Positions 47,637-58,087 of a stretch of DNA of 64,000 bases are shown here, in pieces. The DNA is taken from assembly GCA_046758745.1 (NCBI GenBank), contig JBHIAV010000001.1:59511-123510 (forward strand), read 5' to 3'. The notes beneath the pieces were generated by a model. That model was not told the DNA's origin. It did no database searches and saw nothing but the letters and a program-made list of their open reading frames with translations. Position 1 is the stretch's first letter, and the number at the start of each line of letters is the position of its first letter. The DNA is from Gemmatimonadota bacterium. GTDB lineage: Bacteria; Gemmatimonadota; Gemmatimonadetes; Palauibacterales; Palauibacteraceae. The position numbers and the translations under genes were made by a program.

Positions 47637-48136
47637 AGGCTCGCCTCCAGATGGCTCTCCTCGTCGTCGTGCTGCTCGGGGCCGGGGTCCTGCTCGGCTC
47701 TTTCTGGCTCGAGTGGCGGCACACGCGCCTCGGCCCCCTCCCACGTCGAGCCGAGATGGTGGGAACGGCGCGGTCGCTCGACGCGACGCTCGAAGAGCCC
47801 GTGCGCGTCGAGGTGCTGAACGGTGCCGGAGACAGGGGGGCCGCGCAGCGCGTCTCGGAGTGGTTGCGCGCACTCGGTTTCGATGTCGTCTTCTACGGCA
47901 ACGCGTCCCGATTCGACCACGTTACGACCACGGTCCTGGATCGCTCGGGAAGAGACGGCGCGGCCCGGGAGGTGGCGGACTCCCTCGGCGTGCAGACCGT
48001 CGTACGCGACCCGGAGCCGGAGCTGTACCTCGACGCGACGGTGATCCTGGGCACCGACTGGCCCGCCCTCCTCGCTGCGCGAGACTCGGTCCGTCGCGTA
48101 CACGGCAGAGATCCCGTGCGCCGGCGTCCGTTCTGA
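47633..48136 (+). CDS. membrane-anchored LytR C-terminal domain protein
   Basis: N-terminal TM, VRVEVLNGAG..GAA, GNA, DATVILGTDW. Confidence 0.85.
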   Translation: MKARLQMALLVVVLLGAGVLLGSFWLEWRHTRLGPLPRRAEMVGTARSLDATLEEPVRVEVLNGAGDRGAAQRVSEWLRALGFDVVFYGNASRFDHVTTTVLDRSGRDGAAREVADSLGVQTVVRDPEPELYLDATVILGTDWPALLAARDSVRRVHGRDPVRRRPF

Positions 48137-48225
48137 AACGCGCCGACGGAGCGATTCGCTCCTGCGCCGGTGGACGGTTCTCTCCTGCGCCGGCGGACGG
48201 TTCCGGCCGGCCTCGTCCTCTGCCT

Positions 48226-49407
48226 CTAGCCCCGCGCCTTCATCCCGGCACCTCGCCACGTCTCGGTCCGCGCCTGCCCCGTGGCGTTGGACCGCGAAGC
48301 GGCCGCCGGCGGGGCACCGTGGTCCCCCTCCACGGCCGCCCGCTCTCGCTCGAGTCGCAGCTGCCCGCATGCGGCGGCGATCTCCCTCCCCCGCGGCTGG
48401 CGGACCGCCGCCGGAACTCCCTTTCGGCCCAGGAGGCGCGCGAAGGCCTCGATTCTGTCACGCGGAGCGGGCTCCCAGCCGACCTCCGGGATCGGGTTGA
48501 AGGGGATCAGGTTCACGAAGCCCGAGAGACCCGTGAGCAGGTCCGCCAGCTCCTCGGCGAGCCCGGGATCGTCGTTGAGCCCGCGGATCATCACGTATTC
48601 GAAGGTGATGCGTCGGCGTGTCGCCGCATGGTACTCTCGCAGCGCCTCGAACAGCTCCGGGAGGGGATGACGCCGCTCGACCGGAACGAGCCGGAGGCGG
48701 AGCTCGTGGTTCGGGGCGTGGAGGGAGACAGCCAACCGGAAGGGCTCCGGCCGCCTTGCCAGAGCCCGGATGCCGGGAACGAGCCCCACGGTGGAGACGG
48801 TGATGCGACGCGCGCCGAGGCCGAACCCCTCGTGCAGCACCCGCAGGGAGACGAGGAGCGCATCGAGGTTCGCCAGCGGCTCCCCCATCCCCATGTACAC
48901 GACGTTCGAGATGGGCACCGCGAACTCCTCGAGCGAAGCGCGAAGGGAGTCCCGATACTGGGCCGCGATCTCGGCGGCACGCAGCTGCCGGCGGAAACCG
49001 AAGTAGCCCGTCGCGCAGAAGCGGCAGGCGAGCGCGCATCCGGCCTGCGAGGAGAGACAGAGGGTGATCCGACCGCCCGAGGGGATGAGAACGGACTCCA
49101 CCTGCTCTCCATCCTCCAGGACCCACAGGTGCTTGACCGTACCGTCGCTCGATCGCGAAGTGAACGCCGCCTCGAGCGGCGTGAGCGAAAAGCTTTCCGC
49201 CAGGCTCCGACGAAGGCCCGCCGGGAGGTTGGACATCTCATCGAAACGCACCGCGTTTCGCGCGAACGTCCAGCCCGCGATCTGATCGATGCGGAACTCC
49301 GGCTCCCCGCGCTCCCGCAGGAAAGACCCGAGGGATCGACGAAGCTCCGGGAGGGGAAGGCCGAGGATCTCGATCGCCCCGCTCGCGCGTCGTTCGGTGG
49401 CCGACAT
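48226..49407 (-). CDS. rlmN: 23S rRNA (adenine(2503)-C2)-methyltransferase
   Basis: CLSSQAGCALACRFCATG, MGMGEP, SLHAP, AACGQL. Confidence 0.95.
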   Translation of the reverse strand: MSATERRASGAIEILGLPLPELRRSLGSFLRERGEPEFRIDQIAGWTFARNAVRFDEMSNLPAGLRRSLAESFSLTPLEAAFTSRSSDGTVKHLWVLEDGEQVESVLIPSGGRITLCLSSQAGCALACRFCATGYFGFRRQLRAAEIAAQYRDSLRASLEEFAVPISNVVYMGMGEPLANLDALLVSLRVLHEGFGLGARRITVSTVGLVPGIRALARRPEPFRLAVSLHAPNHELRLRLVPVERRHPLPELFEALREYHAATRRRITFEYVMIRGLNDDPGLAEELADLLTGLSGFVNLIPFNPIPEVGWEPAPRDRIEAFARLLGRKGVPAAVRQPRGREIAAACGQLRLERERAAVEGDHGAPPAAASRSNATGQARTETWRGAGMKARG

Positions 49408-49503
49408 CGGCGGGCAATGTGGTACCGGTCGTATCGCGATGCCATGGCCGTCTATCCACCGCCGCCGGCTGGTCGGGTCTCCCTTGGGAGGCGAGCGGCC
49501 CGC

Positions 49504-49533
49504 TTGCCGCGGCCCGGAAGGCCCCGGTATACT
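49504..49533 (+). promoter_or_regulatory. sigma70-type promoter for the ptsN-aspS operon
   Basis: TTGCCG-18-TATACT. Confidence 0.5.
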
Positions 49534-49605
49534 CCGATCCGTTCGTCGGGCCGTGGCTTCCGCTCCCGGGGAAGTCTTCGCACAACGCGCGACCTTGGCC
49601 TGCCC

Positions 49606-50067
49606 TTGCTTCTGGCGGATCTTCTCACACAGGAGCGAATCAGGATCCCCCTTTCCTCCCAGGACAAAGAGGGGGTGCTGCGCGAGCTTGCGGCCCTGCT
49701 CGCCGAGGCGAGCGGCGTGCCGGAGGAGGAGCCGGCGATCCACCGCGCGGTGTGCGAGCGCGAGGCCGTGCTCAGCACCGGGATCGGCGGCGGTGTGGCG
49801 ATCCCGCACGGCAAGACCGGAGTCGTCGACGGACTCTACCTGGCGGCGGGTACGGCGCGCCACCCGATCGACTTCGAGGCCCTGGACGGCCAGCCGGTCC
49901 GGCTGGTGTTCATGCTGGTCGGGCCCGCCTCTTCCGCGGGGCTGCACGTGCAGGCCCTGAGCCGCATCAGCCGTCTGCTGAGACACGCGGCGCTGCGGAA
50001 GCGCCTCCTCGCGGCAGAGACCCCGGCGGAGTTCGTCCAGCTGGTTCGGGACGCGGAGGCCCGATGA
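49606..50067 (+). CDS. PTS IIA-like (Ntr/fructose-type) protein
   Basis: EREAVLSTGIGGGVAIPHG phospho-His motif and DFEALDGQPV. TTG start inferred. Confidence 0.9.
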   Translation: MLLADLLTQERIRIPLSSQDKEGVLRELAALLAEASGVPEEEPAIHRAVCEREAVLSTGIGGGVAIPHGKTGVVDGLYLAAGTARHPIDFEALDGQPVRLVFMLVGPASSAGLHVQALSRISRLLRHAALRKRLLAAETPAEFVQLVRDAEAR

Positions 50068-50119
50068 CCGCGGCGCGACCGCACGGGACTCGCCATCGGC
50101 CCGGGAAGGAGCTCGGACA

Positions 50120-51949
50120 CTGAGCGCACAGGGGAAGGAGCAGACGGGAGCCGCCGGGGCGGCCGCCCGGGGCGCGACGGCCTATCGGGATGCGCCGTGC
50201 GGGACGCTGGACCGGAGCTGGGACGGGCGCCGCGTGCGCGTCGTCGGCTGGGTTCACCGCCGGCGCGATCTCGGGGCGCTCGTCTTCGCGGACCTGCGTG
50301 ATCGCTCGGGCATCGTCCAGCTCTCGTTCGGCCCCGGGTGGACCCCCGGCGAGGGGATGGAGCTCGCCGCCGATCTGAACGGGGAGGATGTGATCGCCGT
50401 CGACGGGCTGGTGGCGCCGCGGCCGCCGGCCGCCGTGAACCCCAACCTCCCGACCGGGGAGATCGAGGTGCGTGTGACGGGGGTCCGGCGGCTCTCCCAC
50501 GCGGCTCCCCTGCCGATCCTCGTCGCCGTCCCGCCCGAGGAGCCGCTTCCCTCCGAGGAACTGCGCCTTCGGCACCGGGTCCTCGACCTGCGCCGGCCGG
50601 CCATGCTCAGGCATTTCGAGGTCCGCCACCACGCGACCGCCGCCGCGCGCGCCGCCCTCGGGGAAGAGGGGTTCCTGGAGGTGGAGACGCCTCTCCTCAC
50701 CCGCCGCACCCCGGAGGGAGCCCGGGACTACCTCGTCCCGAGCCGAATCCACCGTGGGGAGTTCTATGCGCTGCCTCAGTCCCCACAGATCTACAAGCAG
50801 CTTCTCATGGTGGCCGGCTTCGACCGCTACTTCCAGATCGCCCGCTGCCTGCGTGACGAAGACCTAAGGGCGGACCGGCAACCCGAGTTCACGCAGATCG
50901 ACGTGGAGATGTCGTTCGTCGACGAGGACGACATCTTCGGCGTGTGCGAGCGCATGGTGGCCCGGATGTGGCGGGAGGCCTCGGGCGGAGAGCCGCGCGG
51001 CCCGTTCCCGCGGCTGCGGTACGCCGATGCCCTCGAGCGATACGGGACGGAGAAGCCCGACCTCCGCGTCGCCTGGATCCTGCGCGACTTCACGCCCATT
51101 CTGTCCGGGATCGGCTTCGGCATCTTCGACGCCGCGGCGCGGCAGGGGGGACGGGTGCGGGGCTTCGTCGTGCCGGGTGGGGCGAGCCTGTCCCGCAGGC
51201 GGCTGGACGCATGGGACGTGGCGGCCCGCGAACACGGGGCGAAGGGCGTGGTGTGGCTGAAGCGCAGCGAGGAGGGATGGTCGGGCGCGCTGGCCAGGTT
51301 CCTCGCCGATGCGACGGGGACGCGGCTGGCGGCGGAGCACGGCATCGAGCCGGGAGATCTCGTCCTGCTCGTCGCCGGCCCGGACGCGGAAACCCACGCC
51401 GCGCTGGATGCGCTGCGTCGTGGCGTGGCGGAGGAGCTGGGAGCGGTGGCGCCGGATGAGAGCGGCTGGCTCTGGGTGACAGATTTTCCACTCTTCGAGC
51501 GCGACCCGGAGACGGGAAAACCGGTACCGAGTCATCATCCGTTCACCCTTCCGAGGGACGCCGATGCTGAGCGGCTTCGGGAGGACCCGTTCAGCGTCAC
51601 GGCACGCGCCTACGACCTGGTGTACAGCGGAACGGAGCTCGGCAGCGGGAGTATTCGATGCCATGATGCGACGCTGCAGCGCGCGATCTTCGACGTCCTC
51701 GGTCTCACCCTCGACGACGTCGAGGAGAGGTTCGGCTTCCTCCTCGAGGCGTTCCGATACGGGGTTCCGCCCCACGGTGGATTCGCGCTCGGCCTCGATC
51801 GCGTCGTTACGCTCATGGTCGGCGCCTCGTCGATTCGCGAGGTGATCGCTTTCCCGAAGACGGCGGCCGCTCGGGCTCTGCTGGAGGGCGCACCCTCCGC
51901 GGTGTCGTCCGAAGATCTGATGGAGCTCGGCATACGGATAGCCGACTGA
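50120..51949 (+). CDS. aspS: aspartate--tRNA ligase (apparent CTG start; first canonical start 50234)
   Basis: [59 protein letters not shown]. Confidence 0.95.
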   Translation: MSAQGKEQTGAAGAAARGATAYRDAPCGTLDRSWDGRRVRVVGWVHRRRDLGALVFADLRDRSGIVQLSFGPGWTPGEGMELAADLNGEDVIAVDGLVAPRPPAAVNPNLPTGEIEVRVTGVRRLSHAAPLPILVAVPPEEPLPSEELRLRHRVLDLRRPAMLRHFEVRHHATAAARAALGEEGFLEVETPLLTRRTPEGARDYLVPSRIHRGEFYALPQSPQIYKQLLMVAGFDRYFQIARCLRDEDLRADRQPEFTQIDVEMSFVDEDDIFGVCERMVARMWREASGGEPRGPFPRLRYADALERYGTEKPDLRVAWILRDFTPILSGIGFGIFDAAARQGGRVRGFVVPGGASLSRRRLDAWDVAAREHGAKGVVWLKRSEEGWSGALARFLADATGTRLAAEHGIEPGDLVLLVAGPDAETHAALDALRRGVAEELGAVAPDESGWLWVTDFPLFERDPETGKPVPSHHPFTLPRDADAERLREDPFSVTARAYDLVYSGTELGSGSIRCHDATLQRAIFDVLGLTLDDVEERFGFLLEAFRYGVPPHGGFALGLDRVVTLMVGASSIREVIAFPKTAAARALLEGAPSAVSSEDLMELGIRIAD

Positions 51950-52019
51950 GCGGCCGCACGGGGCGACCCCGGTCGGTGGTGGGCTTGCGCCCCGGCGCCC
52001 CCGGCGCGGGCGGCTTCCG

Positions 52020-53057
52020 GTGAGCGGCGAGTCGGTCGAAGCTCCGGTGGTCCAGCATCGCCTTTCGGCGGAGGGCGCCGATGAGCTGTTGCTCGCGGGG
52101 GTCAACGACGCGCACCTCAAGGCGCTCGCCCGTCTGAGCGGCTGCCGCGTGATCCTGCGCCGCGACGAGCTCATTCTCTCCGGATCTCTCGAGTCCGTCG
52201 AGCGTGCCGCACCCACCGCGGCTCGCATGATCGAGCTCGCTCGCCTCCGCCGAGCCTTCGATTCGGCGCACGTCGAGCGCCTGTACGGGGAAGGGGGGAA
52301 GGCATCGCTCGAGGAGACCGCGGCGAAGGAGGAGCCGGCGGTGGTCCTGCCCGGTGTGCAGAAGGCGATCCGTCCCAAGTCCGCCGGCCAGTCCGCGTAC
52401 CTGCAAGCGATCCGCTCCAATGACATCGTGGTGGGAATCGGCCCGGCCGGTACGGGTAAGACGTACCTCGGGGTCGCGATGGCGGTGGATGCTCTGGTGC
52501 GCAAGCGCGTACGTCGAATCATCCTCACCCGGCCGGCCGTCGAGGCCGGCGAGGCGCTCGGCTTCCTTCCCGGCGACATCCGGGAGAAGGTCGATCCCTA
52601 CCTGCGTCCGCTGTACGATGCGCTGGAGGACATGATGCCGGCGGATCGCGTGCAGCGCGCGATCGGCGATCGCACGATCGAGATCGCCCCCCTCGCGTAC
52701 ATGCGGGGCCGGACCCTGTCCGACGCCTTCCTCATCCTGGACGAGGCACAGAACTCGACCACGGCCCAGATGAAGATGTTCCTGACCCGTTTGGGCCTGA
52801 ACTCAAAGACTGTGATCACCGGGGACAAGACGCAGATCGACCTCCCGCGTCAGGAGGAGTCGGGACTTCTCGAGATCGAGGCGATCCTCTCCTCGATAGA
52901 CGGGATAGAGTTCATCTACCTGGATGAGAGGGATGTGGTTCGGCACCGTCTGGTCCGGGACATCATCCGGGCGTACGCCGGGCGGGGCGGCTCCGAATCC
53001 GCGACGGGCGGGGCGCATGCCGGCAAGGCGCCGCCGGAGCGGCGGCCGAGCTCATGA
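52020..53057 (+). CDS. phoH: PhoH family ATPase (YbeZ-like)
   Basis: [32 protein letters not shown]. Confidence 0.95.
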   Translation: MSGESVEAPVVQHRLSAEGADELLLAGVNDAHLKALARLSGCRVILRRDELILSGSLESVERAAPTAARMIELARLRRAFDSAHVERLYGEGGKASLEETAAKEEPAVVLPGVQKAIRPKSAGQSAYLQAIRSNDIVVGIGPAGTGKTYLGVAMAVDALVRKRVRRIILTRPAVEAGEALGFLPGDIREKVDPYLRPLYDALEDMMPADRVQRAIGDRTIEIAPLAYMRGRTLSDAFLILDEAQNSTTAQMKMFLTRLGLNSKTVITGDKTQIDLPRQEESGLLEIEAILSSIDGIEFIYLDERDVVRHRLVRDIIRAYAGRGGSESATGGAHAGKAPPERRPSS

Positions 53058-55393
53058 GCGGCGCTCGGGCCCGCGGCGGGTGGCGGGACGCCGCGTCAGC
53101 GATCGACCGGGAGCCGGTCGAAGGATGGCGGGACCTCCTGGTGCATCACGGCTTCCGCGGCGTGACCGTGCTGGGCATCGCCCTACTCGTCCCGCTCTTC
53201 TTCCCCCGCGTCCCCCTCCCCGACTTCGCGCTGTTGGAGGAGGGCATGGTGGCCCCCGAGGACGTGATCGCCGAAATCGGCTTCGCCGTGCCCAAGTCGG
53301 CCGCCCAGCTCGAGGCCGAGCGGCGCGAGGCCGAGCGGGCGGTCGCCCCGATCTTCGCCCTCGATCCGACGGCCATCGATTCGGCGGTCGGCCGGGTCCG
53401 ACAGTTCTTCGCCGGGCTGGATTCGGCGATCGCCGACTCGGCGGCACCGGACAGCGCCGACGTCCGGGCCATCCTCGTCAGCTACAGCGTTCCGGTCGAC
53501 TCGGCGCAGGTGGCCTACCTCCTTTCCACGTCGAACCGACGGGAGCTGGAAGACGCGCTCGAGGGCGCCTACCGAACCTCCCTGCCGGGGGGGGTGTCGC
53601 GGGCGTCGGACATCGCCGCCGTGCGGACCGGGCAGATCCTCGTCCGCGGCCCCGAGGTGGATCGACTGGTTCGACGCGACTCGGTCCTCACGGCAGGTCG
53701 GTTCTACGAGCTCGCTATCCACTCCGCGCCCGCCGCAGCCCCGGCCGCCGGCATCCAGCTCTACCAGACGCTGCTCGTGCGCTTCAACGAGCCCAGCCTG
53801 CGGCCCGACGGTCCCGCCACCCAGGTAGCTCGGCGCCAGGCGCGAGCCGTGGTCGATACGATCGCGGGGTTCGTGCTGGAGGGCGAGCGGATCGTGTCGG
53901 CCCACGAGCGGGTCACCCGGCAGGACATCGCTCGGATGCGCGCTTACCATGCGGAGCTGATCACGCAGGGGCTCGCGGGAGGCCGTGCCGGTTTCGCGCG
54001 GGGTTTCGGTGGCGTACTGTATTCGCTTGTTCTGCTTTTGATTGTAGCGGTCGTTCTCAAGCTGTTTCGACCTACCATCTACGCACAGGCGGCCGGCTAC
54101 CTGATCGTCATGTCGCTCATCCTGCTGGTCCTGCTGGCCGCGAGCGCGATCGCCCGCAGCGAGATCCCCCACGCGCTGATTCCGATCGCCTTCGCCGGTC
54201 TGCTGCTGGGCGCGCTGTACGATGGCCTGGTGGGCCTCGTGACCGTGATGGCTACGGCCGCGCTCCTCGGCGGGCAGACGCCCTTCTCCGGGATCACCGT
54301 GCCCTTCCTGGTCACGGCCGGCGGGGCGGCCGCCGCACTGGGAGTGCGTGGCGTGCACCGGAGAGCGCAGAGCTGGATCCTCATCGCGGGAATCACCGGT
54401 GCCTACCTGGTGGCGGGAACGGCTCTGGTGACCATGCGCTCCTTGCCGTTCGGAGAGCTGGTCGAGATGACCCTGTGGGGTGGCGTGAGCGCGACCCTAT
54501 CGACCGTGCTCGCTATCCAAGCGGTGCTACCGGCGCTGGAGAAGCTGACCGGTATCACCACCGATCAGACGCTCCTGGAGCTCTCCGACCTCAACGCGCC
54601 TCTCCTCCGAGAGCTCTCGAGAAAGGCGCCGGGAACGTATGTCCACTCCATCAACGTGGCCAACCTCGCCGAGACGACCTGCGTCGCGATCGGGGTCAGC
54701 CCGCTGCTCGTGCGGGTCGGGGCCTACTATCACGACATCGGCAAGATGCTCCAGCCGGAGTACTTCGTCGAGAACCAGCCGAAGGGACGAAACCCACATG
54801 ACAGGCTGCCGCCATCGCGGAGCGCCGAGATCATTCGTGAGCATGTGCGAGACGGGCTGAGACTGGCCGCCGAGCACCGGCTGCCGCCCGTGATCCGCGA
54901 TTTCATCCGCGAGCATCACGGTACTCAGCTGATCTCCTATTTTTACGACAAGGCGAAGACCGAGGAGCCGGACGGCGACCTGGATCCTCGAGACTTCGCC
55001 TACGCGGGTCCGAAACCACAGACACGAGCCTCGGCCGTGCTCATGCTGGCGGACTCGGTGGAGTCCTCCTCCCGCGTCCTGCAGGATCCGACCCCCGACC
55101 GGATCAGGGCCCTCATCGAGCGGATCGTCGAGATAAAGACGAGCGAGCGGCAGCTCGATCAGTCTCCGCTCACCCTCAAGGACCTGGACGTGATCAAGGC
55201 CCACTTCGCGCGTGTGCTCATCGGGCTGTACCACAGGCGGATCGAATACCCCTCCGGAGTCGGGGCGGGACCCCAGGGAAGAGGGGCCGGCCCCCGCGCG
55301 CGCGGGGCGAAGCCGGATGAGGGTGGGCGGCTCGGCGGGACGGCCGGCGTTCCGGAGGCAGCAGAGACGGGTGTCCCTCCGGATATCTCTTAG
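53054..55393 (+). CDS. 7TM-HD phosphohydrolase (PgpH-like)
   Basis: Extracellular domain, multiple TM segments, [26 protein letters not shown]. Confidence 0.9.
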   Translation: MSGARARGGWRDAASAIDREPVEGWRDLLVHHGFRGVTVLGIALLVPLFFPRVPLPDFALLEEGMVAPEDVIAEIGFAVPKSAAQLEAERREAERAVAPIFALDPTAIDSAVGRVRQFFAGLDSAIADSAAPDSADVRAILVSYSVPVDSAQVAYLLSTSNRRELEDALEGAYRTSLPGGVSRASDIAAVRTGQILVRGPEVDRLVRRDSVLTAGRFYELAIHSAPAAAPAAGIQLYQTLLVRFNEPSLRPDGPATQVARRQARAVVDTIAGFVLEGERIVSAHERVTRQDIARMRAYHAELITQGLAGGRAGFARGFGGVLYSLVLLLIVAVVLKLFRPTIYAQAAGYLIVMSLILLVLLAASAIARSEIPHALIPIAFAGLLLGALYDGLVGLVTVMATAALLGGQTPFSGITVPFLVTAGGAAAALGVRGVHRRAQSWILIAGITGAYLVAGTALVTMRSLPFGELVEMTLWGGVSATLSTVLAIQAVLPALEKLTGITTDQTLLELSDLNAPLLRELSRKAPGTYVHSINVANLAETTCVAIGVSPLLVRVGAYYHDIGKMLQPEYFVENQPKGRNPHDRLPPSRSAEIIREHVRDGLRLAAEHRLPPVIRDFIREHHGTQLISYFYDKAKTEEPDGDLDPRDFAYAGPKPQTRASAVLMLADSVESSSRVLQDPTPDRIRALIERIVEIKTSERQLDQSPLTLKDLDVIKAHFARVLIGLYHRRIEYPSGVGAGPQGRGAGPRARGAKPDEGGRLGGTAGVPEAAETGVPPDIS

Positions 55394-55811
55394 CCGGCTC
55401 GACGAATGGGCGGAGCTCGGGTGCCCATCGGACCGGCTGGAGGCCGCGGCCAAGCTCGCCCTCGGCACCGTGGCGGAGCCGCGCGACGCGGAGATCTCCA
55501 TCACCTTCGTCGAGGACGATGAGATCCGCAGGCTGAGCCGTGAGTACCTCGGCCGGGACGTCTGCACCGATGTCATCGCCTTCGACCTCGGGGATGAATC
55601 GGCGATCCTCGGCGATGTCTACATCGCCCCGTCCACCGCGCGCCGCAATGCCATGGAGCTCGGTGTCCCGCCGGAGGAGGAGCTGGCGCGCCTGGTGATC
55701 CATGGTGTGCTCCACGTGCTGGGACACGAGCACCCCGAGGGCGAGGAGCGATACGCTTCCGCCATGTTCGTCCTTCAAGAGGAGTTGCTCCGGCGCCTCC
55801 CTGCTGACTAG
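55371..55811 (+). CDS. ybeY: rRNA maturation RNase YbeY
   Basis: TDVIAF, LGDVYI, HGVLHVLGHEH. Confidence 0.93.
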   Translation: MSLRISLSRLDEWAELGCPSDRLEAAAKLALGTVAEPRDAEISITFVEDDEIRRLSREYLGRDVCTDVIAFDLGDESAILGDVYIAPSTARRNAMELGVPPEEELARLVIHGVLHVLGHEHPEGEERYASAMFVLQEELLRRLPAD

Positions 55812-55865
55812 TCTCCGGCTCCACCGATCGCGACACGACCTCACTCGGAGCGAGAGATCTCGAGC

Positions 55866-56525
55866 GTGATTCGCCGCGCCACCTCGCGACTCAGGCGATA
55901 TCTGATCACCGGACTCATCGTGATCGCGCCGGTCGGCGTCACGGTGTTCGTGCTGACGTGGCTCTTCCAGACGCTGGATGAGATCCTCGGCCGCTATCTA
56001 CCACCCGAGGTACGTTTCCCGGGCCTGGGGCTGATCGTACTGCTCCTCCTGCTGGTGGTGGTCGGGTGGGCTTCGCAGAGGGCGGTCGGCCGGAAGATGC
56101 TTGCCCTGTGGAACTCCTTTCTCTCCCGGCTCCCCCTCGCGCACAAGATATACAGCGGCTCCTCCCAGATCGTGCAGGCCGTGCTGGACCGCGAGGAGAA
56201 GGTGTTCCAGGGCTGCGCGCTGATCGAGTATCCGAGCCCGGGCTCGTACTCGCTCGTCTTCGTCACCGGTCGTGCCCCGGACGAGGTCGAAGCTCGGATC
56301 GGAGGAGCCGGGATCAGCGTCTTCCTCCCGACGGTTCCGAATCCCACCACCGGTTACCTGTTGATAGTGCCCGCGGAGAGGATGCAGCTCCTCGAGATGA
56401 GCGTGGAGGAGGGGCTCAAGATGGTCCTGTCGGCGGGCGTGGCCGTCCCGAGTCCCGAGGGGGCGCCGCGCGCCGGTCTCGACGTGGACCGCTTGACGGG
56501 CCGAGAGGAGGTGGGCGGCGGATGA
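55866..56525 (+). CDS. DUF502 membrane protein
   Basis: YLITGL...P, IY, IEYP, VFLPTVPNPTTGYL, MSVEEGLKMVLSAG. Confidence 0.9.
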   Translation: MIRRATSRLRRYLITGLIVIAPVGVTVFVLTWLFQTLDEILGRYLPPEVRFPGLGLIVLLLLLVVVGWASQRAVGRKMLALWNSFLSRLPLAHKIYSGSSQIVQAVLDREEKVFQGCALIEYPSPGSYSLVFVTGRAPDEVEARIGGAGISVFLPTVPNPTTGYLLIVPAERMQLLEMSVEEGLKMVLSAGVAVPSPEGAPRAGLDVDRLTGREEVGGG

Positions 56526-57874
56526 GCGACACGACCGAGCGGATCCAGCAGCTCCTGCCGGCGGTGCGCGAGCTGCTGGCGCGTGACGACTCCGAGTCGC
56601 TCCGCCCGTACCTGGAGACCCTCCATCCCAGCGACCTCGCCGACCTCATCGAGCACTTGGAGCCGGAGGAGCGGGTCCACGTCCTCGGCGCGCTTCCGAC
56701 CGAAGTGGTCTCCGAGGCGCTGGCCGAGATGGAGGAGGTCGAGAAGCCGGCCGAGCTCCTGACCCGGCTCGAGCCCGAGCGGATCGCCGAGATCGTCAGC
56801 GAGTTGGCCGACGACGATGCGGCCGACCTGATCGGGGAGCTGGAGCCCGAGGAGCAGGCGAGGGTCCTCGCCGCGATCCCCGACGCGAGCGAGATAGAGG
56901 AGCTCCTGCATTACGCGGAGGACACGGCCGGCGGGATCATGACGACGGAGCTGGTCGCCGTCCCGTCAGGCCTCACCGCAGGGGAAGCGATCGAGGAGGT
57001 CAGGCAACAGGCGGACGAGATGGCGGACTTCTACTCCATTTTCGTGGTCGACCCGGACAGGTGTCTGCGAGGAATCGTGTCGCTCCAGCGACTCGTACTC
57101 GCCGATCCGTCGAGACCGATCCTCGACATCACCGAGGAGCCGCCCGCCGTCGTACCGGTGCACATGGACCAGGAGGAGGTGGGGCGGATCCTCTCCCGCT
57201 ACAACCTCGTCTCGATCGGGGTCGTCGATCCGCTGAAGCGCCTCGTCGGGAGGGTGACCTTCGATGACGTGATCGACGTCATCGAGGCCGAGACCACCGA
57301 GGACATTCTCCGATTCGCCTCGGTGTCGGATGAGGAGGAGGTCCGCGGCTCGACCGGGGACGCGGTGCGCAGCCGTCTCCCCTGGCTGCTGGTCAACCTG
57401 GTCACCGCAATGGCCGCGGCTTCGGTGGTGTTCGTGTTCAAGGACACCATCGAGAGACTGGTGGTCCTCGCCGCCGTGATGCCGATCATCGCGGGCATGG
57501 GTGGCAACGCGGGAACGCAGGCGCTCGCGGTAACGATCCGGCGCATCGCGCTCGAGAAGGAGACGCCCCGCGAGCGCTGGTCGGTGGTCGGCAAGGAGCT
57601 CCTCGTCGGTCTGGTCAACGGGCTGGCCATCGGCCTCATCGCATCGGCGGCGGGGTTCCTGCTCCCCGAGGCCGGCCCGGTGTTCGGCCTGGTCGTCCTT
57701 CTCGCCATGTGGGGGAACCTCATCGTCGCCGGCCTGGCGGGCGCGTTCATCCCGATCCTCCTCGAGAGTCTCGGGATCGACCCGGCCGTCGCCTCGTCCG
57801 TCTTCGTGACCACACTGACGGACCTGTGCGGCTTCTTCCTCCTGCTCGGCCTGGCCACGGCGATCCTCCTGTAG
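56522..57874 (+). CDS. mgtE: magnesium transporter MgtE
   Basis: LHPSDLAD N-domain, CBS pair (TAGGIMT), RLPWL, GMGGNAGTQ, DPAVASSVFVTT. Confidence 0.96.
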   Translation: MSDTTERIQQLLPAVRELLARDDSESLRPYLETLHPSDLADLIEHLEPEERVHVLGALPTEVVSEALAEMEEVEKPAELLTRLEPERIAEIVSELADDDAADLIGELEPEEQARVLAAIPDASEIEELLHYAEDTAGGIMTTELVAVPSGLTAGEAIEEVRQQADEMADFYSIFVVDPDRCLRGIVSLQRLVLADPSRPILDITEEPPAVVPVHMDQEEVGRILSRYNLVSIGVVDPLKRLVGRVTFDDVIDVIEAETTEDILRFASVSDEEEVRGSTGDAVRSRLPWLLVNLVTAMAAASVVFVFKDTIERLVVLAAVMPIIAGMGGNAGTQALAVTIRRIALEKETPRERWSVVGKELLVGLVNGLAIGLIASAAGFLLPEAGPVFGLVVLLAMWGNLIVAGLAGAFIPILLESLGIDPAVASSVFVTTLTDLCGFFLLLGLATAILL

Positions 57875-58002
57875 GATCGTTCTCCGGCGGAGCGACGCCG
57901 CTCACGCGACCGGAGGCGCGGCGCTCCCTGCCGACCCGGTCGGGATCGGTCCGTCGGGGTCGACAGCCGGCCGAAATGCTCCTCCTGCGATGGGTTGCCC
58001 CA

Positions 58003-58018
58003 TGGCACCGATCCTGCA
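58003..58018 (+). promoter_or_regulatory. sigma54 (-24/-12) promoter
   Basis: TGGCAC-CGATC-CTGCA with exact GG-N10-GC spacing, 70 bp upstream of the lipoprotein start. Confidence 0.6.
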
Positions 58019-58087
58019 CCTCGACGTATCATGCTCGGGCCGTCGTGTGGCGGATCCGTCGATCCCAAACGAGGAGCGCTCCCGTCC

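Noticed and set aside
47713-50067. 784-aa ORF ending in a PTS IIA domain
   Set aside because: Only the last ~153 codons are IIA. The rest is antisense to rlmN.
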